Part shown: piece by piece, positions 7,447-14,742 of the stretch
Position numbering within the stretch: position 1 is the stretch's first letter
Layout of the letters: each line of letters begins with the position of its first letter
Assembly (NCBI GenBank): GCA_048938005.1
Contig: JBHLMQ010000062.1
Location: 1-16,430, forward strand
Direction: 5' to 3'
Source: Promethearchaeota archaeon
GTDB taxonomy: Archaea > Asgardarchaeota > Lokiarchaeia > Sigyniarchaeales > SOKP01
DNA length: 16,430 nt
Notes under the pieces: generated by a model
What the model saw: the letters and a program-made list of their open reading frames with translations, nothing else
Databases searched by the model: none
What the model was told of the DNA's origin: nothing
Position numbers and translations under genes: made by a program

Positions 7447-8097
7447 ATGGGTTTAAAAAAGAGACTCTTTCCACGTAAAAGTAAAGAAAAAGATGACTTA
7501 GTAGCAATGGCCAAAGGGCATATCCATAAATTAAATTTAATGAATAAAAATTATAGTAAACGTGCAGAAATCAGTAGAAAAAATGCAAAAATCGCTTTAA
7601 AACGAGGAGAAAAAGATCGAGCGAAAAATTATCTCATTCAATATAAAGCTTATCAAGCGAAAGTAGACCGTGCCACTAATATTAGGGGAAAAATCGAACG
7701 GCAAATTCAGGCAATAGAAGAGGGAATGCTCATATCTCAGACAGGTGATGTGATGGGGGGAATAAGGGATGAACTCGAATTTATTGCAACAAAAGCATCA
7801 CCAGCGAAAGTTGCTGAAATTGCAGAAGATTCTGAAGCATATGTATCGGAAATTGAGGAAGCTGCAGAAATTTTAGCTGGCGATCCTGAAATTGATTTGG
7901 CAATTGATGTTACAGAGGAATTAAATCAACTAGAGACAGAAATGTTGTTGGATCAAGGCGGGGCAATGCCTCAAATTCCTTCAGACGAACTTCAATACAT
8001 TCCAGAATATGATCTTGAAGAAGAAGAAGCTGAAGTTAAATCAAAAGAAAAATTAAAGGACGAAATTGATAAATTAAGAAAGGAATTGGAAGGCTAA
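7447..8097 (+). CDS. ESCRT-III / Snf7 family protein, most similar to the Vps20/Vps32/Vps60 (CHMP4-6) class
   Basis: Basic N-terminal helical hairpin ('AKIALKRGEKDRAKNYLIQYKAYQAKVDR...IERQIQAIE') and acidic C-terminal half ('VSEIEEAAEILA', 'DVTEELNQLETE'). It also has an N-terminal amphipathic 'MGLKKRLF', a MIM2-like 'MPQIPSDEL' and a terminal helix 'LKDEIDKLRKEL'. 216 aa is typical. Confidence 0.9.
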   Translation: MGLKKRLFPRKSKEKDDLVAMAKGHIHKLNLMNKNYSKRAEISRKNAKIALKRGEKDRAKNYLIQYKAYQAKVDRATNIRGKIERQIQAIEEGMLISQTGDVMGGIRDELEFIATKASPAKVAEIAEDSEAYVSEIEEAAEILAGDPEIDLAIDVTEELNQLETEMLLDQGGAMPQIPSDELQYIPEYDLEEEEAEVKSKEKLKDEIDKLRKELEG

Positions 8098-8126
8098 TTC
8101 TTTTTTGTATATATATTTTACTTTTT
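8098..8126 (+). terminator. Oligo-T terminator-like tract after the ESCRT-III gene
   Basis: 'ttcttttttgtatatatattttactttt' directly after the TAA in a convergent 65-bp spacer. Archaeal intrinsic termination occurs at T-runs. Confidence 0.35.
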
Positions 8127-8162
8127 ACAATTAACTTATATTAATTTTAAATTTGAGATCTA

Positions 8163-9182
8163 TTATTTTAATTCCTTTAACGCAAGAACCATATTTTTTA
8201 CTTTTTTGATTGCTATATCGTATCCGTCTTTTTCTCCAAAAGATCTTAACTCGAAAAAACCACAATCAGGTTTAATTATTAAATTTTCAAAACCATATTG
8301 ATCAATTCCTTTTTTTATAAATTTTTTAAGAAATTCGATATCCTCAATGTATTCGCTAATTTGTTTATATTCAATTGGCACACATTTAGATTCAACAACA
8401 CCCATAGCTAATTTTTTATCAGTATCTTGGAAATGCTTTTTTTCGAAAATATTGAAATTTTCTTCATTTGTTCTAAACTCGTGATCTAGTATGTTCACTT
8501 CTGTATTCAATAATATATCTCGCAATTTTGGACTAATTTTACCACACACATGAATAGATGACAAGGATTTTATTCCAGATATCGCTTTATTTATAGTTTT
8601 AATGTAAAAATCTTCTTTATGGAATAAAGGCTTCTTTCCTATTAAAAGCCCTAAAATAGGCTCATCCATCGAAATTAGATTTATCCCCATATCATTATAA
8701 GCAGCTCCGATTTGTTTCATTATTTCTGCGAACTTATCAATAATCCAATCTACCATAACTGCTCTCGGTTCTTTAAAAATAAAACGTGAAAATCCTTTTG
8801 TAAGTTCCTCTTTCAAAATAATTTCAAATGTCAAAGTAAATGGTCCAGTTAAACATGCTTTGGTTCCTTTAATTAAATCATTTAAATGAGGATGTTCTTT
8901 CAAAAATTTGATCATGAATTCTCCATATTCTGTTGCCACGTTGTATTTAGGAATCTCGAAATCTCCAAATAAATAAAATTTTTTATAAATCTCTTTTAAT
9001 TGGGTAATTATTTCTGCTAAAGGAGATAAAAATTGACTAATCATTGAAACTAATTGAGGATAACATGGATAATCAATTCCTATATCTATTATATCGTTGA
9101 AAACCTTATACATATTTTCATTAGTATTATTTAAGGGCCAACTACCGACAACTGTAGTAAATAATCCATCGACCTTATCCAT
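8163..9182 (-). CDS. Core (single-barrel) cobalamin-independent-type methionine synthase, MetE catalytic-domain family
   Basis: 'TTVVGSWP', 'KACLTGPFTL', 'ISMDEP', Zn ligands 'IHVCG' (H-x-C), 'LDHEF' (E) and 'IKPDCGF' (C). At 339 aa it lacks the N-terminal barrel of full-length MetE. Confidence 0.85.
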   Translation of the reverse strand: MDKVDGLFTTVVGSWPLNNTNENMYKVFNDIIDIGIDYPCYPQLVSMISQFLSPLAEIITQLKEIYKKFYLFGDFEIPKYNVATEYGEFMIKFLKEHPHLNDLIKGTKACLTGPFTLTFEIILKEELTKGFSRFIFKEPRAVMVDWIIDKFAEIMKQIGAAYNDMGINLISMDEPILGLLIGKKPLFHKEDFYIKTINKAISGIKSLSSIHVCGKISPKLRDILLNTEVNILDHEFRTNEENFNIFEKKHFQDTDKKLAMGVVESKCVPIEYKQISEYIEDIEFLKKFIKKGIDQYGFENLIIKPDCGFFELRSFGEKDGYDIAIKKVKNMVLALKELK

Positions 9183-9262
9183 AAGGTGTAGAATAGTAAT
9201 AAAAATATAAATATAGGATAGATAAAATATGCAGATAACGCATAAAATTTATAAATAATATT

Positions 9263-11242
9263 TTATGTATAAAATCGTTTTTTATCAAAATTTCTGCTAT
9301 TTTTCCTTATGTCTTCAACCTCCTGCAAACTTTCTTGTAACTCTTGGATTTTTTTATCAATTAAATAAATTTCTTTTTGTAGATTCTTAAATGTTTTAAA
9401 ATAATCAACTTCAGAAATAATTCCCTGATCGAATTTAGCATCAAGCTTTTTTAATGTTTCTTTTAGACTGTATCTCTCTTTGTCCAATTCGAGCATTTTT
9501 TTATGTTTTTCTTTATCTATTTTAAAAAGCTTTCGTTTATACCTATAAGAATTATGTGGTGAAATATATTCCGAATCGAATAAATCAGAAAGGTGATTTC
9601 TGTTATAATCTTCGAATGTCGCTTCGTTATTTAAAGAATAATCGTTTTCATTGTATCTATTATTATTTATATTATTTATTGGGTTAGAGATGTAGGGATT
9701 TAAGTTATTAAGTAGTTCATTATCCAAATTAATTCTTTGAGGATTGTAATTTTGAAAGCGATTTGGATTATAGAAATTTTGTAAAAAGAAGGAGTTTTTA
9801 TCATAAGGGGGTATTTGAGAATTGCCGATAAATTGAGTTGGTTGAATATGAGGTTGGAGATAAGGTGAATTATTTATTTTATGAAAAAAATTTGAGTTTC
9901 CTGGAAAATTGAGCCAAGGTTGAGCCCTATTTTGGGGATGAATAAATTGAGATGATTCTCGAGATAAAAAATTGGGTATTTGATTGGGTTGAACATTAAA
10001 AGGATTAGCCAAATCTTTATTATAACTGTGTATGTTTTCAAAACTTTTATTATATTGGCACTTTATACTAAAAAATGAGTTAATGCTTTCTTCAATAAAG
10101 TTTGTTAATTCATTCAAATCAACATCAATTTGTTGAAGTTTTTTTGCGGTTTTTAAATCATATATCGTAGTTTCGTCAAAGGATCTTGCCAGAAGAATGT
10201 ATTCAATTACTCTTGAAACAGATTTAGGAGGTAATGTAAATTCATATTTTCCATAGGTAAATTCAATATAGAGTTTTTTGAAAACCTTGCCTTTTTCTCT
10301 TATTTTTGTTAAATCTTGGACAGGTGCTTTAAAAATTAATTCTTTTTTCTTTTTAACTACACCATGTTCATGAACAAAAGATAGATCAAAATTAGTAATA
10401 AATAAAATCCCTTTATCTTTCTTGAATTTTTCTTGGGTATTCAATCCATTGGTTAATTTAGCAAAAATAGCATATACAGGTTTTTCACCTTCCGCAAGCC
10501 TTAGTAATTTCTTGTAAGCACTAAAATAATAACTAATCTTAGCAATAAATTGTAGGTTTTTTTCAAAGGTTTCGAAACTATCATTGAATGTTTGGATATT
10601 ATTTGTTATAAACTCATCAATAGCATTATAACTCCGCAATAAATTTTCAAAGATTCCTTCTATGATTGTTATATTTGAATTTGGTTGAGTGTAGGTATCA
10701 AAAAAATACTCTTTATTTTGATTTAATTGATGAAAATGAAGATTAACTTTTTCAAATAAAGTATTCTGGATATAGAGAAATAATTTAAAAAGAGCTAATA
10801 AATCCGATTCCATATTGGGAAAATGATAACATTTATTGGGAGGTTCTCTTACTTCCTTGATTTTTGATTGGAATACATATAATTTATCAAGAATGTCTTT
10901 TAAAGGCTCTGTAAATAATCGTGAATTTTTTATTAAATCTAAAAATCTCTTTTCAAGTTCTTCTTTTTTCTCGTATATGTTAATAATTTGATGGGAGCTA
11001 CACTTTGGGCATGCTGATAAACGTTGATTAATTTTTATTATATTCTCATTTCCACAATCATTACATACTTTCTTTTTTTCAGAGTCCAAAGTTTTAATAT
11101 TTTTTGATTTACAATCTTGACAAATAAAAAAATCAACTTTTTTCTCATGCAAACAGTCAGAACAACAACTAGCGCCACACTCTTCACAATAATAAGCTAA
11201 CTTAACATATCTGTGACAAAAACGACAAACCTGATCTGACAT
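9263..11242 (-). CDS. Multidomain hypothetical protein: multi-CxxC (FYVE-like) zinc finger + helical region + PH/GRAM/GLUE-like domain + N/P/Q-rich low-complexity region + steadiness-box(Vps23 core)-like C-terminal hairpin
   Basis: Six CxxC pairs in aa 6-81. 'LAEGEKPV...KGILFITNFDLSF...APVQDLTKI...KLYIEF...YEF...VSRVIEYI' at aa ~247-352. N/P/Q-rich aa ~410-550. 'LKETLKKLDAKFDQGIISEVDYFKTFKNLQKEIY' at aa 593-626. The CDS itself is highly confident; the domain calls are by eye. Confidence 0.7.
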   Translation of the reverse strand: MSDQVCRFCHRYVKLAYYCEECGASCCSDCLHEKKVDFFICQDCKSKNIKTLDSEKKKVCNDCGNENIIKINQRLSACPKCSSHQIINIYEKKEELEKRFLDLIKNSRLFTEPLKDILDKLYVFQSKIKEVREPPNKCYHFPNMESDLLALFKLFLYIQNTLFEKVNLHFHQLNQNKEYFFDTYTQPNSNITIIEGIFENLLRSYNAIDEFITNNIQTFNDSFETFEKNLQFIAKISYYFSAYKKLLRLAEGEKPVYAIFAKLTNGLNTQEKFKKDKGILFITNFDLSFVHEHGVVKKKKELIFKAPVQDLTKIREKGKVFKKLYIEFTYGKYEFTLPPKSVSRVIEYILLARSFDETTIYDLKTAKKLQQIDVDLNELTNFIEESINSFFSIKCQYNKSFENIHSYNKDLANPFNVQPNQIPNFLSRESSQFIHPQNRAQPWLNFPGNSNFFHKINNSPYLQPHIQPTQFIGNSQIPPYDKNSFFLQNFYNPNRFQNYNPQRINLDNELLNNLNPYISNPINNINNNRYNENDYSLNNEATFEDYNRNHLSDLFDSEYISPHNSYRYKRKLFKIDKEKHKKMLELDKERYSLKETLKKLDAKFDQGIISEVDYFKTFKNLQKEIYLIDKKIQELQESLQEVEDIRKNSRNFDKKRFYT

Positions 11243-11398
11243 TTTTAAATTATTAACCCAACCAAATAATATAAGAAATCTTTAAAATCGCTTTTTCAAA
11301 AGAATAAGAAATTCTTTTCCTATTATATCATTATATTATACATGTATCATGTAATATCCAGATATAATTGAGAAGAAATATCAGCTTTATATGGAAAA

Positions 11399-11692
11399 TT
11401 ATTTAACAATTTTTATTTTTTTGCCGAGTGCTTGACCTGGAACTCCAGCTTTCTTAAAGTGGGCTCTGACAGCACCGTTATTTCCATGTGCTCGAGTTAT
11501 TACTCCTTTTAATTCCTTACCTGTAGGAGTATTCCAAGAAACTGTTCTCCCAATAAGTTTATTAGCATCTTTTCTTGTCTTAATATTTGGGAAAACTAAG
11601 ATACATTGTTTTTGATGTACAGTATGACGCCCGCGTCTATAATTCGAAATTACTCCTTCCATGCCTAGTATCTCTAATTTATTTAGCGACAT
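11399..11692 (-). CDS. rpl35ae: 50S ribosomal protein L35Ae (eL33)
   Basis: 'GVISNYRRGRHT', 'ANKLIGRTVSW', 'GVITRAHGNNGAVRAHF' and 'PGQALG' are L35Ae signatures. Confidence 0.95.
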   Translation of the reverse strand: MSLNKLEILGMEGVISNYRRGRHTVHQKQCILVFPNIKTRKDANKLIGRTVSWNTPTGKELKGVITRAHGNNGAVRAHFKKAGVPGQALGKKIKIVK

Positions 11693-11809
11693 CTTAAATC
11701 AATAATTTATAATCTATATTCTACTCTTAAATTAATGGAAGAAATATTCCAATACTATTAAGTTTTTTCAAATAATTTCTCAAGGCATTAAGGAATAAAA
11801 TTTTTGAAC

Positions 11810-12976
11810 TTAATTGAGTAACTCGTAAGATTGATTCCATGATTCTAAATTTAGTAATTTTATTTTTTCTATGAACTTTTCTTCAGAAATTTTATCCTCC
11901 TTAACTATCAAATCATTAACTTTCCTGATAATGGAATTTTCCAAGTTTTCAAGTTCAATTTTCTTGTTTACGGGTTTGGACATTGTATGCTTACACCAAA
12001 ACCAATCGTGATTAATCATAGTATATGGTCCTGAGTTATAATATTTTTGACCCTGAATAGGAAAAGCATAAGGTTTATAAATGCTAACACACGGAAGTGT
12101 CGTTCCCGTGAACCAATGAATTGATTTTTTTCCCTTCCTTAAATGAGAAACTTGAGAGCCAGTTGATTCAATACCTCCATGCATGCAAATTCCAGCTTGG
12201 TGCTCTCTTAAAAATTCCATCATCAATTTTGGGGAAATTTTCCCTTTGTTATTATTCAATAATATAGTAGATTTTCCCTCTCTTGAGTAAGGTGAAGGTT
12301 TAGGAGAAATAGGCTCTCCAGAAAAAGTTACCGCAAAATCGAATTCATCATCATCTTTACAATAATTTTTATCGATAGCATGTTGGATAATTCCATTTTT
12401 TCGAAGGTCTCCTTTACCTCTAATAGTAATACCATTTGAAATTGATCTTACATCCTTAATTTTTTCAACAATCCACCATTTATCAGCAGTTTCTAAGACA
12501 TAAGCTTCCTTATAATCTGCAATTATAAAGGAATTATGGTACATCCAACTCGGATCATCATATGCACAACCTCCTCCTTGTCCAAATTTTTCTAATAGAG
12601 ATATAATTACATCCAATGCATCTTTTGCTGTTTTTCCTCTCTCAAGTCCTAACCTTAATAGATCCATACCTAAAAGACCAGTATTCCTTAGTGCTTCAAG
12701 AGTATATACTGCCTCATTTCCAATTACAACTCCATATTCATTAGCACCCATTTCTGCACCCCACATCCACCATGGTTGACTTAAAATAACTGCTGCTGTC
12801 TCAGAAACTTGTGGTATCGAAATATAAGTACATTTTACTTCTTCTCCTCTTGAAAAATTAGACCTCGGGGAATAAGTTATTAATTGAACTTCATTCCAAG
12901 GGCGATCTGAATTCTTACCAAAAATTACACTTCCATCATGAGTGGAATTGCCAAGTGCTACTAATGTATCACACAT
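11810..12976 (-). CDS. Peptidase C69 family (secernin-like) N-terminal nucleophile hydrolase/dipeptidase
   Basis: N-terminal 'MCDTLVAL' (Cys2 nucleophile), 'IFGKNSDRP', 'WMWGAEMGANEYGVVIGNEAV', 'GMDLLRLGLERG', 'HNSFIIAD', 'AYVLET', 'RSISN' and 'ICMH'. Confidence 0.92.
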   Translation of the reverse strand: MCDTLVALGNSTHDGSVIFGKNSDRPWNEVQLITYSPRSNFSRGEEVKCTYISIPQVSETAAVILSQPWWMWGAEMGANEYGVVIGNEAVYTLEALRNTGLLGMDLLRLGLERGKTAKDALDVIISLLEKFGQGGGCAYDDPSWMYHNSFIIADYKEAYVLETADKWWIVEKIKDVRSISNGITIRGKGDLRKNGIIQHAIDKNYCKDDDEFDFAVTFSGEPISPKPSPYSREGKSTILLNNNKGKISPKLMMEFLREHQAGICMHGGIESTGSQVSHLRKGKKSIHWFTGTTLPCVSIYKPYAFPIQGQKYYNSGPYTMINHDWFWCKHTMSKPVNKKIELENLENSIIRKVNDLIVKEDKISEEKFIEKIKLLNLESWNQSYELLN

Positions 12977-12998
12977 AAGATATACTCATTCCTTTTGA

Positions 12999-14219
12999 TT
13001 ATTTTAGATAATTCAAAGCGGTTAAAGCATAGATTTTGGTAACATTTATTACATCATCAATGTAAACAAACTCATCTTGAGCGTGATGATTATTCTCCCC
13101 TCTAATAGGTCCGATCAAAATAGTTTCAATTCCATTCTCTTGAAATATTTGAGCATCAGATGTAGGTATAAAAGTCTTAAAATCTCTTTCTTCATTAAAG
13201 ACAGTTTTGAATGCTTTTTTTACTACATTCGCAAAAGTAGATTTAGTATTTAATATCATTGGGTTAATTAAAAGTCCTATTTGGGCAGTTATATTTAAGT
13301 TGGGATCCTCCTTTTTAAGGTCCTCTACAAAATTTAAGATTCTCGTTTTAATACCCTCCAAATCCATTTCTGGAATGACAGTAATTAAGCATTGCAAAAT
13401 ACAATTATCTGGAGTTGAAGATACTGAATTACCTCCACTTATTTTTGTAAAAGTTACTGAACTTATTTTAGATGGAAGATCAGGAGGTACTGGATATTTG
13501 GTTTCTATTTTTTTGAATTCTTCTTGTAATTCCATTAAAAAATTCATAATTGTTAACATCTTGCCAATAGCATTTATTCCTGAGTATTTATTACGATTAG
13601 GTGGAGGTAAATCTGGATAAGCTTGTGCATTACGACGTATTCCTCTAATAATAAAACTGATTTGCAACGTTCCACCTAGATAAGCAAATGGATAATCAGA
13701 GCAAACATCACCTAACAAACAAGCATCTCCAGTAATAACTTTATCCTTTACGAGATATTCTGTACCAAGTAAACCACCGACTTCTTCATTAATTACAACA
13801 GTTATAATTAATTTTCCATTCAAATCTATTCCTAGATCTATTAGAGCTTTAGTAGCGAAAATCTCTGCTGCTACACATGCCTTATCATCAGCAGCACCAC
13901 GACCATATATTTTATTCCCAACAATTTCTCCTCCATGAGGATCCATAGTCCAGCCATCATAAGTGGGAACTGTATCAAGATGGGCATTAAATATTAGAGA
14001 TAGGCCATTTTCATTTCCTATTTCCCCAATAACATTCTTTTTCTTAACTTTTGTATTTATATCAAAATCTTTCATTTTTGATTCAACAATTTTAGATATT
14101 TCTTTATATTTCCCTGGGGGTACTTCAGAGGGTATTCGAATCAAATCTTGGAGAAACTGGATTATTTCATCTTTCATACTATCTATTTTATCGATAATTG
14201 CTTTTTCCATATTATCCAT
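12999..14219 (-). CDS. M20 family metallopeptidase (ArgE/DapE-like deacylase)
   Basis: Metal-binding motifs 'NAHLDTVP', 'GRGAADDK', 'NEEVGG' and 'HAQDE'. I moved the start to the ATG at 14219 because the track's GTG at 14228 looks like part of an SD-like GTGA. Confidence 0.9.
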   Translation of the reverse strand: MDNMEKAIIDKIDSMKDEIIQFLQDLIRIPSEVPPGKYKEISKIVESKMKDFDINTKVKKKNVIGEIGNENGLSLIFNAHLDTVPTYDGWTMDPHGGEIVGNKIYGRGAADDKACVAAEIFATKALIDLGIDLNGKLIITVVINEEVGGLLGTEYLVKDKVITGDACLLGDVCSDYPFAYLGGTLQISFIIRGIRRNAQAYPDLPPPNRNKYSGINAIGKMLTIMNFLMELQEEFKKIETKYPVPPDLPSKISSVTFTKISGGNSVSSTPDNCILQCLITVIPEMDLEGIKTRILNFVEDLKKEDPNLNITAQIGLLINPMILNTKSTFANVVKKAFKTVFNEERDFKTFIPTSDAQIFQENGIETILIGPIRGENNHHAQDEFVYIDDVINVTKIYALTALNYLK

Positions 14220-14353
14220 TATTTTCACTGATAATTTTTTTGGGAATTTTAATAAAAGTGAAAATGAAATTTTTAATTTAAACTATAGTTTGAAGAAAAT
14301 AAAAAGATTAAATGCCAGAATTTATAAAAATAAAAAAATAGATAAAATTGTAA

Positions 14354-14728
14354 TTATACGAGGGCTATAGCATCAATCTCAACTAATCCATATGGAAGTG
14401 GACAGGTCGCTTCTATGGTAGTTCTTGCGGGAAATTTTTCAATTACACCATTTTGTTCGAAAAATTCTTTATAAGCTTGATTCATCTCTTTGAAATCAGA
14501 CATGTTTTTTAAAAAAACACTCACTTTTACAATGTTTGAAACATTAGCTCCTGCCGCTTTTAAAATATTTTTTATTTTTTCGAATGCTGATAAAGTTTGT
14601 TCCTTTATATCCTGTGCCTCTGGAGTAGTAACTTGTCCTGATATAAAAAGTAGATTTACAGCTTTTATACCTAAACTATACGGTCCTGCTTTTGGAGATC
14701 CAGTATCAATTTCTTCAATATTTACCAT
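14354..14728 (-). CDS. ridA: RidA (YjgF/YER057c/UK114) reactive intermediate imine deaminase
   Basis: 'GPYSLGI', 'LFISGQV', 'VKVSVFL', 'MNQAYKEFF', 'FPARTTIE' (conserved catalytic Arg) and 'LVEIDAIA'. The ATG at 14728 has SD-like AGGTGA (14737-14742) 8 nt upstream, so the track's GTG at 14740 lies inside the SD. Confidence 0.9.
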   Translation of the reverse strand: MVNIEEIDTGSPKAGPYSLGIKAVNLLFISGQVTTPEAQDIKEQTLSAFEKIKNILKAAGANVSNIVKVSVFLKNMSDFKEMNQAYKEFFEQNGVIEKFPARTTIEATCPLPYGLVEIDAIALV

Positions 14729-14742
14729 TTCATTTATCACCT

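Noticed and set aside
7447-7470. N-myristoylation of ESCRT-III Gly2, as in Vps20/CHMP6
   Set aside because: 'MGLKKR' lacks the preferred Ser/Thr at position 6, and N-myristoyltransferase is not an established archaeal enzyme. An amphipathic helix explains the sequence adequately.
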